From Paragordius varius (Eukaryota; Animalia; Nematomorpha): 64,000 nt of DNA. A program made the translations under genes and the position numbers. Below are positions 39,901-53,700 of the stretch, piece by piece (the first letter of the stretch is position 1; every line of letters begins with the position of its first letter). The stretch spans positions 6,014,001 to 6,078,000 of the forward strand of contig OZ176056.1 of the NCBI GenBank assembly GCA_964247055.1. Direction: 5' to 3'. Below the pieces are notes generated by a model. That model was given only the letters and a program-made list of their open reading frames with translations, was not told the origin of the DNA and did not search any database.

Positions 39901-42900
39901 ACCGTGTATATTAAAAATAGGAATTTATTTTAACAACTACATTTTCCACATCTAGGGGTAACAAATCAGCAGCTGTTTGAATAGCGTTGTGTATTATATG
40001 CTCTGCAGACCCAACGTCAATAATGTTTTGATTAAGATTATCTGTTAATTTATGAAAAATATTTTTTGTTCCCCTCCTTGCTTTTCCACCAAAGTTCTTA
40101 TTGCTGTTGTCAGCGCAATATGCGATAATTTTGTCTTTTAAATTATTTTTTTCTAGAATATGCATTATTGAAGTAAATATTATTTCGGAATTTTGACTGG
40201 GTAGGGAAATTAAATGTAAATTTTAATTTTTACTCCGGTTTCTGAATCAAAATATCTTATCAAAGTGGAAAATAATTTTGTTTCAAGGTGATTTGATGCA
40301 TCAGAATATAGGGATAAGAAATTAATTTTTAGCAAATCTTTTTGTATTTCAGAAAATGCATGTGGCGAAAGGACATTACACACAATGGCTTCAGCCTTTG
40401 TACGGGCACATGTAATTTTTTTATGAAATAACGTGCGAATAACCTGTGAGGTACAGTCCATAGATCTAAAGGAATGATTGTGATTAACGGCTTGAAGAGA
40501 TAACACGCCCTCAGCTAGTGCCAAATTCTTTTCTTCCTCTCCAAAAGCGGTTTTTTGAAAACAATCGCTCATTTTGTAAGATGATGCCATTATATCTAAA
40601 CATATTTTATGTTTCTGTGTTTCCATATGCTTTGTAATATCATGCTTGCTGACATGTGCTAGGGTGAATTCCCCCTCGCATATAAAACATTTAATAGATG
40701 ATTCATTCTTCGTTTTTTTAATAAAAGGAAAATCTTTCATTAATTCATCGTTGAATTTACAACCTCTTTTTGTGCTCATTTATAAACTACTAATAGTATA
40801 ATAAATATTATATTAACTTAATTTTCTGAAATTAACGTGTAAGGTACCGATTTGTGGTATTAATTTGGTTTTTTAATAATGTTGGCAAGTAAAACTAAAA
40901 TATTAGTATAATAAATATTATATTACCTTAATTTTCTGGAATAAACGTGTAAGGTACCAATTTGTGGTATCAATTTGTCTTTTAATCTAGAGATTTGTGG
41001 TATAAACTTGGCTTTTTGATAATAATGACAGTGGTAGTAGGAAGGAAAGTGTATAATTATATGATATAAGTTTCGAAAAAAATAAATATTTTTAATTTAA
41101 AAATAAAAAATTTAAAATTAAAATTTACATAGATTTTAAAGATATTTAATGATAAAAAATTTAAACGGATAAAAGAAATTTATTCGTAGTTAAAAAATTT
41201 TTTTATATAATCGTGAAAAAGCGGGACATTTTAAAAAGTAGCGGGACGCGGGACAAAGTGTGAAAAAGCGGGACGTCTGGTCACCTTAGGCATAAAACAT
41301 ATTTCATATAAATAAAAAATTAAATTAGCCTGAAAATTCAAAATTTGTGTTAGAGGGTTTTTAAATTTTCATAAACTCACATTTATTGAGGGTTAAATTG
41401 GGGCTTAAATGGTATTTATAACATCGCTTTATAATAAAATATTTTTCCAATTATAATTAATCTGATTAAAGTTTTGAATTAAAGTAAACTTCAAGTTATA
41501 TAAATTTACTTTTATTGTCAAGAGCGGGTTTGGGCAAATTCGTTAAAATTTGCAACACATTTTTGGCTAATGCATTGTGATTAGGCAAATGTAATTCAAA
41601 CCTACAAGAATTGTCAAGGGTTGACCAATTTGTCGTTTGACTTGAAGAATATTTTTGATAGCTACCGGCATTCTTTTGTAAAGAAAAATTGGGTTGTTTC
41701 CAACTCTCATTCGTGCTAGAGTTATTGTCAGTCCTCATATCATTTCCTGCAGGTTCCATAACAAAACTGTTTGGGAAAAATATTTGACCCGTATCGAGAT
41801 TGGCATAGAAAAATGGATGGTACTATATTTTTTTAAAAAATAAGATTAGTTATTTTTAAATGTAATATTTTTTGTCCTTTAGGCTATGCCTATGTTTATG
41901 GTTAGGTTCGAACGGAAAAATTTATTTTATTTATTATTCTTAAATTTTAATTATGATTTAAGGTGTGCCAAATTTTATATAATTCTTAAATCTTTAAACA
42001 TTTGAAGTGTAAAAACTATGGTTGATAAAGACAATTATTTTAAATAAAATAAATGATCAATGTTGCGAGCGCAATAACTAGAAAATATTAACTTATTTTC
42101 AAAAGTGTAATTTATACATTATATAATATCGTTTTTTATATTGATTTATCAAAAATAATTAAAAATTTTTTAACCCAGGAATGCTTTAAAATTTGGCCGG
42201 ATTTGCAAATTGCATTTGAGTTTATAATTAAATGAGTTAAAAATATTTTATTAATCTTATCAATTGCGTTTACATATATATAACAATAATCACACTGTTA
42301 AAACGTTATGACAGCTTCAAACTAAATTTAAAACCAATTGATATTTAATATATTAAACCATAAAGATATTATACAAATATTTTAAATATTTATTTACTTC
42401 TATTTAATTTCAAAAAAAATGTACAAATCTCCATTTTAAACTTATTTAACAGTTTTAACCAGGATTGCCTCAAAGCTATAGCTAAACGGCATTTTCGAAC
42501 TAAAAAATACGACGAGCCGCATTAAAATCTAAAAACAACATCTAAACTTTATATAATCTGTACAATTAATATGCCAAAACACAACCTATAATGTTTGTAA
42601 AATTGAAGCAATAATATTTCAAACAAGTCATTCATAACACTTCAAAAAAGTTTTTGAGGAATAAATTAATTATATTTATATTTTGTATTTTACCAATATT
42701 TCATAAATGAAAAATAAATTATACAATTTTAATTTTATTGAGCACAGAATATAGCTAATGACCGTATCTTGAGTACCCTTGATTTAAAACTGTCACTCAC
42801 TAATTAACTAGTTAGTGTATACCAAATTTAAATTTACTAATTGTATTGTACCATTCCTTCCAAATAACTAAGGACACTGCTGTCCGCAGCAACATTAAAA

Positions 42901-43778
42901 TCTTTTTTCGATACATCATCATTACAATTATAGCTTGAGGCTATGGTAGTTGATTGAAGTAATAAGCCCATACAAAATGGAACGGGCGCTTGAATAAAAT
43001 TAATCAAAGAGAGTGGTAACAGTGGGACATACACATGATTATATTCAAATGGATATATTAAACAACGCAGTGTTTGACAAAATGCCACAAGCTTTTCTCC
43101 ATCTAGATATGCCAAAATAGATATACAGTAAAAATTAAAGTTATGCGTAGAAAAAACATACGTAAAAATATAAAAAAAAATTTAAAAACACAGTCAACCA
43201 CACTTTTTAGACTATATTATACATTGTTATGCATTTAAAATAGGGAAGAGTTTTTGTTGTTATCAAATAATTCATATAGGAAAAATTAAGGTTCAAATAT
43301 GGTTATCTTTTAAAATAATTATATATCATTATATTTTTACATTCGTCTGTATAATAATTTTTACTGTAAATATATAGGCAGAAACTTTTAAATGCGGATA
43401 AAGTCAACTTATAACCATGAATGTAAAATATATGGTATAATTAAATAACACGTCAAAATTGATATCGTATTCTTGGCGCAAAAAAACCCACAAACTATTG
43501 TTGTGTTAAAAAGTACACCTTATGTTTTAAACTTATTTTAATAATTTAAATTGCCAAATAACCAGCACAAGTTTATGTTTATTGGTGCTTTCTTTCTAAA
43601 AAAAGGCCTCTAAAAGTTAGTCTACATAAAGTTGAGTTATAAAATGCATTAAATTCAAACCTTTTGAAACAATCAACAATTGTTTCTCTAACAGAAGGTA
43701 TACCATAATGTAGAGAAAAAGATCAATGTTATCAAAGATGCCCAATACCCAAGCTATATCGTATTGAAAGATTGGTAA

Positions 43779-43828
<50 letters not shown>

Positions 43829-44742
43829 GTATGTATGTATTAAATAAAATATAAAAATATGGGATATGAAACAAATAATAATTAGGATTTTCTGAATGAG
43901 TTAAAAATTCAGAGGACAAGGTAAGGCAGTGTGTTTCATTAAAGAATTCGTATAAATTACATCAAAGTTTCTCATTTTAATATCGTTTATAAATTTTGTC
44001 TAATACACATTATTTTTAGATATAATTAACTTAATACACTGATTTTTTAAGTGTAATTAAGAATATAAAACCCTTGTATGCATGGCCTTTTATAGATTTA
44101 TGGAATATTACCGGCATCTAAATTGTTGAAATAATTTTTAAATTTAGTTGTATTTGTTAGGTCATGTTGATAATATAAGTTATGCATTCTTTTACTATGA
44201 AAATTAAAAAAAAGCAAAATTTGATAGTAAATTTTTCCATATAATTGCAATCAAATTATTGATTATTGCGATAAATAAAAAAAGCGTTAATAAAAATAAT
44301 ATCTAGTACCTTTGTGAAGAACGTTGTGGATTTTAGCTTTAAGTATACTACAATCATTATTTTCTGGCGCCTTAGCCCAAAAATCATTTATATTGAAAGT
44401 TAGGAAACGGTAATATAAAGAATATTCTGTTATGTCAGTGTTGCTATACAAATTTTTAAAAGATATTTCCTCCGGAAAATGCGTAATTTGTCGAATAAAT
44501 TGAGATATAATGTGTGCTTTCCAGCCCATACATAAGGTATTGGGTGATATTCTATATTAAATAATTTAATAAAATATATATTCTGTAAATTTTTTCTTAA
44601 CAAAGCTCAATAAGCCTTACAATATATTTTAATCAATTAAACTAAATAAAAACTTTTCAAAATCACGGGTGATTGTTTCGTTCGGATTGATTTCATTCTA
44701 TTATAAAAAAATTCCAAACTTATTATATATCTATATATATAT

Positions 44743-44780
<38 letters not shown>

Positions 44781-47700
44781 CATAATGTGCTAAATTTAAG
44801 GTAAAAAAATGTTAATTGTATTTATGGATCAAAAAACTTACCAGCTTCCAAACCGATTTAAATACTCAACCTAAATGTTTGTGTTTCAATAATCTTTGAA
44901 TTTAATAAAAAGCGCGTAAAATTCCAATAATTAAATTTTAATAAAATCAAAATTATTTATATTTAGTAAAAAATTTGATATAAAAATTCTAAAATTGAAA
45001 AATTTTTAAATATCAGTTTTGTTTAAAAAACGCTTAATTTTCACACATTAGCGTCCTAATTTTTATGGTAAAAACATATGATATACACATTTGGCATGTA
45101 AGATATACAGGAATAAAAATAGGCTATTTTTAAAAAATTTATAATAAAATTATAAAATATTTATACTTTGAATAAAATTTAAAATGTGTCTTGGGTAATC
45201 AGATAATTTTAAAGTAAAAGTGGTTAATTACGTCGCGAAAGTATGGGCCCTAGGTTTAGGTTTACAATTAACTAAAATGTGACTTATTATAAATGCCAAT
45301 GTTTGCAGGGCACATCATCATAATAAAGGGTAGGATTTTACGCAACACATGCCCTTTTGTACAACTAATGATTTTACAGCTCAATAAATGGCCTTTTCCA
45401 TGCCCTAGTCAACACCGCGTGGAGATGGCAATGTAAAACATAAATTGCCATTTAATCAAATGTACCTACCTACCTTGATAAAATTTAACACAATTTGTTT
45501 AAATTGAACCATATCTATGCTGTTTGAATACATTGTATCCAATGTAACCAAAAGTTGAAACATAGTATCAAGCAGTTGACGATAAATTTGGGTGTAAGAT
45601 GAATCCGTTATAATACACATGGTTTCAGTGGCATATAAATCGTGGATTGTTTCATCGTAAATAACATCTATGGCACAAGTTGATTGGAATATAAATTATT
45701 GTATTATATATATATATATATATACCATTTCCACCTCATACTCACCCAAGAACAATCTCAAATCACCTTAAATGAATTATGTGAATATCATAAATTACTT
45801 AAAAAATTATACAAAATAGAATAAATAATAAACTATGGTATAAAGAAATATTTCATATTAATGATGAGATAGTTATATTAGCTCAAAAACGCATGATAGG
45901 GCAAAAGAACTGCTTAATGATGATTTTGAATTGTTTAAGGGTGAGTTAGAGGTGTAAATAGTATTTGGTTTTCTCTTAAATAATAATATACCATTATTCA
46001 TATCATACAGCTTATCCGTTATATGTAAACTATCCATAGCATAATTCTAAAAAATGAAAAAAAAAGCAAATATTAAATTGTACACGATAGTTTTTACAAT
46101 ATTTGAGTCAAAAACTTACGAATTGTGAGGTTAATGAATCTAATAAATCTGGTGGTTTAACCGTAAAGGGTGTCTTATTTTCCCTAATGTGCAGTAATGA
46201 AAATGACCAAGACACCGATTTTGGGTTTGATACTGATATAGATTGTGTCAAGACATTAGATGTAGTCTAGATTATATTTGGAAATATTAAAATATGGTGG
46301 TTATATATATATATATATAATTCTGTATGATTTTTATTTGTACAATTAATTATAATATAGAATGTGTACGCACTGTTTAGTTTGATATTAGCTTTAATTT
46401 AAAAAAGTATAATTTAAAACATTTTGGCATATACCTTAAAATTTAGGGTCAAAATTTAGTTATTCTATTTTAGTGTTTTTATTAAGTGAGACCTCAGATT
46501 TATTAATTTCAAATAATTTTCGCCGACAAAAGAATAAATAAGTTACATGTTTTTAGGGATTTGTAAAATTTCGATCTTATTTATTTTATGTATCAACACA
46601 TTCTAGTGTTATACAAAATTTTTATAAGTTTTGGCATTTATACAGTAATTAAAAATCGTTTAAAATGCAAAAATAGCATTCTCAAAAATATGATAAAACA
46701 ATTTTAATCTAAAAAGTTGAAATAAAACTGAATTACCGTATTATTTTGGCTCATGGACATATTTTGATCCTTTCTACCCTTAATAATAATGGATTCAGTT
46801 AAAATATTTGGTTCATTGGATACACTAAAATTTTGTTGAGGAGTGGTTACACATTCATTATTTTCTGTGGTCGAATTATCATCAATAAAAGTACATCTAG
46901 GAAAAATAGCATAAGATATATAATATACTTTTTAGAGTCTCTTTTTCCTTTTTTATTAAAGGGTAAGGACTTAAATTGTATCCGGATTTGTCAAGGCTTT
47001 AGCACTCGCCTGCCCAGGGCTGACAGTGATGATGGAAAAACTGCACATTTTAGGGGTTCGAACTCTGGCACGCAGTGTAAGAGTCCGGCGCCCTACCTAC
47101 TATACCATCACAAGAATATATTTCATTTACAATTGAAATTCATCCTCGCAAACAATTTTTCCCTCCGAACAATTCAAATTCCCTCTGTAACAATTCAAAA
47201 TAAATTAGATGTTTTCGAGAACTGAAATATATCTTTATGACTTATTATTTTTTCAGTATTATTTTAATTGTGAACAAAAATTCATTTTTTAAAAATAAAG
47301 GTAATTTTTAATTTTAAAAACCATATATTTTATTAAAATTGAAAAAAGGTTTAAAATATTTTGAAACAAAAACAATATGTACCGATAAAAATCCAGGGGA
47401 ACTGGATTACCATATTCCTTGCTAGCTAAAAAAATATTTGGATAAAATGGAAATAAAAAAATAAAAAATATATATAATAATTTATGAAAATGATATTTTT
47501 ATAGTCTGTTTTTGCTATAAATCAAAATATTTTCGTTTTCTAATTGATTTATTTTTATGGAGTTTTTTTTCCAAAGCGGATTTATATATTATATTAAAAA
47601 TATATACCCCTACATATTAACATAAATATATCTAGGATTTAGCATTAATTTAAATTTATCTAATTTTTGCGGATATTTATGTTTACTAGACAATAGTTAA

Positions 47701-50700
47701 TATTTTAAATAAAATTGGATGGAAAATGTTAGGATTATTTGGAGTTTTGTCACGAATGAATTCCCGCCACAACTTACGATCTTATATTGTTCTGTGGTAA
47801 GGCTAAGTATATTTTTATATTATCATTATAAGAAAAGAGTGGTCGTCCCTTTCTTTTTTTGCCATCAACATTAATGTTTTTAACAGTTTTTAAAGGATGG
47901 CTGGCGTATCTTCTCTGAGTATGACCCTAGAGAAGCAATCTATTAGTTTGGATGATATAATCGATTCTATCGGTTTTTTAATAAAAGTTGGTAATTCTGG
48001 TGTACGAAAGCATTTGAGCATTCAGCTTTCACTAGTTGGGAGTTTTGTTTAATTAGTTCTTTTGTTTTATGCCCAAGTTTCAGAACCATAGGTAAGAGCT
48101 GGTCTTATTCCCACTTTGTAAATATATCATTTATTATGATTGTTACCATTTTTGTTTTAAAAAACATATTTTTAACTGATTATATTTTATCCAACCTTGT
48201 TGTATTCTTCTTTTGATAGCCTTTTGTAGGTTTCCCTGAGATGATATAACATCATCTAAGTAAACAAAAGAGTGTATCAATTCGATATTATGACCATCAA
48301 TGTTAAGTAACTTTAGTGGATTAAAAATATTATTACTATCAAACAATTTAAACATTAAAAATTTATTGCATTTGTTAACTTGCCTTTTATGTTAGAGCAC
48401 TTTTTATGTACCCATATTTGACATGATATGCATTTAAAGGAATCCGAACGTAGTTTTTTCCTGCAGATGGAGCAGGGGTATCTGGGTGTTTCACTTTCAC
48501 CCGTTATCATTATTTTTGTTTTTGTCGGGTTTGTAATTATTCCATATTGCTATAGGCAGTTTTTCTAGTTATTTGCCAGTTGATCCCATGATCGTGTCGT
48601 TATCACGAGGTCGTTGGCGAATAAAATTTCCCAAGAGCACTCGGTTCTTATATCTTCTGTTGCCGCATCCATTATAGTAATGAAGAGGAGTGGGCTTAGA
48701 ATTGAACCTTGATGCAGTCCAGCGTTGGTTGGGAAGTTGCTTGTATTGCCGACATTGGTTCTAATGTTGTATTTTTATAAATAGTAATATGATTCGTATA
48801 GTAAGTTGCTCTATTCCGTTCTTAGGCAATGCCCATTGAATTGTGGGAGCGTGGTATTTGATCAGACGCACGTTCAAGATCTACAAAGACATGATATAGC
48901 TTTTGTTTCTTTTCCAAATATTTTTCTTGTAAGCGTCTTGCAAACTGATTTGAATCTATGTTTATATGTTTTCTCAGCCTGTTTTCTAATATAATTTTGA
49001 ATAACTTAAATGTATGTTTCGGAAGTTTCAAAAGTCTGTAGGACGATGTTTTTAGTCGATCGTCTTTATTTTTATAAATGGGGATTATTCTGCTGTTCTT
49101 CCAATCGCTGGGAGTTTGGTTTGTTATTATTATTTGGTAAGAGTTTAGTCAGATACTCTGCAGTATCTTTGATGGGTCGGATGAGGTCGATTGAAAGGCT
49201 GCTTGGGCCTGGAGCTTTGTTGCTTTCTAATTTATTGATTGCAGTTGTGACTTCATATAAGGTGATTTCTTGTATGGGACCAGCTACTAATGTAACTGTG
49301 CTAAAATATTTGGTAGGATTTTTTTGGTTGACTTGTTTTTCTAAGTTTGTTTTCCAAATTTCTTTGACTTTCGAATCATCTTTGACACATTTTATGGTTT
49401 TAACATCTTTATTACTATTGTTAAGGTTTTTGAGTCTTTTTAAGATCGTTTGGTTTTTAAAATCTTTTTCTAAGCGATTTTAACAGATTTTTAATTAATG
49501 GCGCGTCGAATGGCCTTTTGAACATCTCGTTTTTTATCATTATAAACTTTTTATCATCATTATTTTTGGCTTTTCCATTTTTTATAGGCTTGGCATTTTT
49601 CGCACAACAATGGTTTTATATCATTTTTCCACCACCAATTTTTTCGATGTCTCATAGGTTTAGTAAAGCCGCAATGTTTTTTGGCAGATGTAAGAGTTGT
49701 GGATTTAAAGTTTTTCCATAAAATTTCGAAATTGTTTCCGGTAAATTTTAATCTGTGTTTTGAGTATAATAGGATAATCATTTTGGATGCTTTAATAGCT
49801 TTATTTATTTTTTGTGGTTGAAATACGGTCTTACGAATTTTCTCAATAACACTGGACAACAAATTTTTCTGCCACTCGAGTTTTTTGAATTTCTGATATT
49901 TAGTATCATTTTAACAGTAAATCTGAAATAAAAATTATAACTCGTTGAAAGAATTTTGTATAATTTGATTTTTTTGATTATGCGCCCTCTTTATCAAAAT
50001 TTTACTAAAAAATATTTTTTCTTTGAAAATATATAAGTAGTGCCCATTTGTAATATATCATTCGAAAGAGTAATAAAAACTCTATAAAATGCATACTAAT
50101 ATGTATTACATCGACAGTTACTATTGGACACAAAGAGCGACAAACGCGCGAAGCGAGAGCATTTTTATTAATTATTATATTTTTAAAACTAATGGATGAA
50201 AATAGCTCAAACTTTGTTTAGATGGTGATGAATGTCCAAAAAAGATAACACAAAAAAGTTTTTTTGATTAAAACATTTTTTTATTGCTTTTATGTCACTC
50301 AAAACAGCCATTTTTACGTTTTTTTTTGTTTTTAAAAAATTACCATTTCATCAATATTAATTTATTTTCTTTACAAGGCTGATAATTTCGAAATTTTAAA
50401 GATAAAAACAAAGTTAAAAGTATTTTTGATCTTTTATAGCCATTATGTAATAAATTTACATAACTATGCATTTTAGTATCTACTAGGTAATATATTTATG
50501 ATAATAATAATTTTTATTAAAAAAGCAAACCAAAAGCTTTTTCAAACATTTTTTTTAAATTAAATACTAATATAACCCTAATAATTATATTAAAATAATT
50601 TATATGATTTTCCAATTAGTTTGTCTATAAAAATTCTTGACTTATTTAAGGATTGAAAATTTCGACCATTTAAATCCAAATAACTTTTACATCCGATTGA

Positions 50701-53700
50701 TTTAAATGACTTACTACCATTTAAAAGATGCATTATTTTGCGCTCTTTCGAATGATATAAAATACATGGCTTCATATCTAAAACTTTTAATTTTCGAAAT
50801 TTCGAGTTTAATGTTAAATCGGGGTCAAAAATTATCGATAAACTCTAATATAAAAAAATTCTTCCATGCTAGACCAATTTTCTTTTCAGATATACTAATT
50901 ATGCCCTTTAATGAAATAAATTTTAAGTTTACAAGAATGGCAGTTAAAAAAAGTTAAAATTTGTTGTCTAGTGTAATTATAGATGCTGTAGTTAGCTTGT
51001 GTTGGTAAGAGGATTGATGGTAAGTTTTGATGTTTGTTAGATGTTTCCTAATTTTCGAAATATCAAAGATGAGTGGTCACCAGAATTATATGTTATATGC
51101 TGATTGGTTTTTTTCTTAAAATGGGTATTTACAACTTTAAGTTGATTTGCATTACTAAATTCTAGTAAACTCTCACCCATCTTATCGAGAGTTTATATAC
51201 CATTTCCGCCTTGAACATTATAGTAATCATTGCTATCATTACTTATATGGCAATTAAAATCACCACCAACAAAAGTTTGTTCGCTAGAAGAAGTTTTGTT
51301 CATCAAATCATAGAGGTCTTCCCAATATTTGTTTTGTTTCACTTAGACCAGATTGAGGTGTGTAAGTTGAAACAATATTTATTACATTACACTGCTCAAC
51401 AAGGTTTTGCACCACCCCATTATTTTTGCATTTTCTGATACCTAATGGCATGGAAAGGCCAAAACAAAAAAGAAAATTGAGGCCACCAATTTTCTGAAAT
51501 TTAATTTTTAAATTTGTATTTAATTTAAAAATAACAATCATTCCTCGTGTACATATGTTTAAATATTCAAACGAACAAGTCGATACAAGTAATATTCCAT
51601 GCATCAATAACAAAATTCTAGGCATTAAATAAGATACTAAACAAGCTAAGAGCCAAAGTATTAAAAATCTAAAAGGGGCTTATGTATAGTGTGATAGATC
51701 CGGGCGGCTGCACAAGCTCTGCATATCCCCCAAGCGATCCAATTATGCCATATATGGCAAAGATAACAATAAGTAATCGTAAAGCCCGATAAGAGAGACT
51801 TGCAAGCAAAATCCAGGCAAATTGACATGTCAAATTAACCAATTCACAGAATAAAGTTAGATAAATTCTACAATTAAATTGAATTAAAAGATTAGGTAAA
51901 TACAAACGGTCCAATCCCATAATAGTAAATTCTACTAAAAGTGGCTACACAACATCCATCTGAAATTAAAAATACAAAACAATCAATAATTTTAAAAATA
52001 AAGTATATCCACTAGGTATAAATAAAGGATTTTTTGTAAGAACCAACTCAAGAAAAAAAATAATAAGTACTCGAAAGGACGAAAACTAACAAAAAATATA
52101 GCCTATCTAAAGGCCGAAGGTTTAAACCATAGAATGCCTTTTTTAGTATTTTTTTAAAAATTTTTTATACGTATTAAAAATTCACTTGAAAGAAAAAGAC
52201 TAAATTTTGACGTTTAACTCCGTACTATTTTTTTCTCTCTGATATTTAAATGACATATTTATATTCAAAAGATAGAGTTTAAAACGCTTTATTAAATGAT
52301 TTTGAGTTTATAATATAATAACATTTTATTATAAAGTTATATTTAATTTTCTCTCGATTTTCTCTTGTTTTTGAAAAATTGAAAAACCTATAATATTTCA
52401 AAATTCTGATTGGCGGGATCAAAAATTTTTTTACATTCGGTTTTAAAACACTGAAATTAGTCATAATTTAAAAGTTTGAGTGGTGGTGCTCAAAAATGTC
52501 CAAATTTGTCGACTAGTGTTATCATTCATCAAAATTTTTGTTTGAATCATTCTTGGATTTAGTCTTAATACATCAATATGTTATCACGCTAGTTGTTTTC
52601 ATGAAAATCGCAACACCACCTAGACCCTTGTCGTTTCCTTTATAGAATAATGTATATCTAAGTTTTTTAATCCCTCTCCTTTCAATCTGGCCTCTTGGAT
52701 GCACAATATATCTATATTTTTTGGCTAAGAATGTTTGTTACCATTAACATTTTTACTAGACCCACATTCCATGCGGCGAATTTTAGAACTGTTTAATTAT
52801 TATTACTGAGGATATTTATTTTATCAATAGTTATTTTGGTATTATTATTCAAAGTATATATCATTTAACCTATGTTACAGTTTTGTGACTTCTAAGATCT
52901 AAAATTGGGACAGCACCAAAACACGATTGAAACGAACAGCTGTCATTAAAATCAAAAATCTAGTTTTTGTTGGAAAATGTAAGTCTGAAAGCTTTTTAAA
53001 GTTAATTATTTACATTTTCTAACTATATTATACATTTATTCTGCAGTTTTAAAGGATTTAAAAAAAGATATGGTATAATGCGCCTAAAAGGCCAAAAAAA
53101 GCACATTTTTAAATTAAGCTTCCATCTATCCTTTCGTTTTAGGTCCCAGGGTATCTGGGGTTTGTATGCACTAACTTTGTAAACAATGTTCTATCACAGA
53201 CTTGTTCGTGTTCAATATTGAATTGTGATAGATCTTGGGTCTGTTTGGACCATGTGAGTTTAGGGCGGTCTTTTCCGTTTGGGCCGGGTATGTTTAAATG
53301 TTGTATTTTTTTTACCCGGTTATCGGAATTCACGTTAAATATGCCTATAATATCGCAATCATTTGATAGTTTTATGCACATCTCCTGTGATTTGAATCAT
53401 GGTTGTTGTTTGTATTGATATTAGGACCGTGTTTATATAATTGTTTTGACCATATTAGATAATTTTGGAGTATTGAAATATCTTCTGCAGTAATTATAAG
53501 GTCGTCTGCGTAGACCTTCTCTAATATCTTGTGTTTTGTAGTCAAATATAAATATGAAAAGAAGTGGGCTTAGGACACCCTGATACAGCCCAGTATTCAT
53601 ACCAAAATACTCTGAATTCCCAACATGCAAGAACACAACTGATTGAGTTATGTAGATTAACATAATTAACCTAATGGATATTCATCTACGTTGTTGTAGC

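Larger units (their letters stand above)
47830..52800 (-). mobile_element. Near full-length decayed RTE-clade LINE (APE endonuclease + RT), interrupted by two CACT elements
   Basis: FAAWNVG..IDILCIQEARLKG (~52780-52660), INIVSTYTPQSG..FVGGDFNCH, GESLLEF..VVNTHFKK, QHKL, KNWWWK, YHVFVDLERASDQIP, GLHQGSILSPLLF, HSFVYLDDVI. Confidence 0.88.

Noticed and set aside
44551-44870. TGA recoding (selenocysteine or alternative genetic code) to rescue the 29-nt exon
   Set aside because: All other exons read cleanly in the standard code with TGG for Trp; alternative splicing explains it more simply.
45405-45473. LPSPRG in frame after the DENN exon, resembling the conserved VPLPPPG
   Set aside because: Separated from the exon by an in-frame TGA, with no usable acceptor AG before it.
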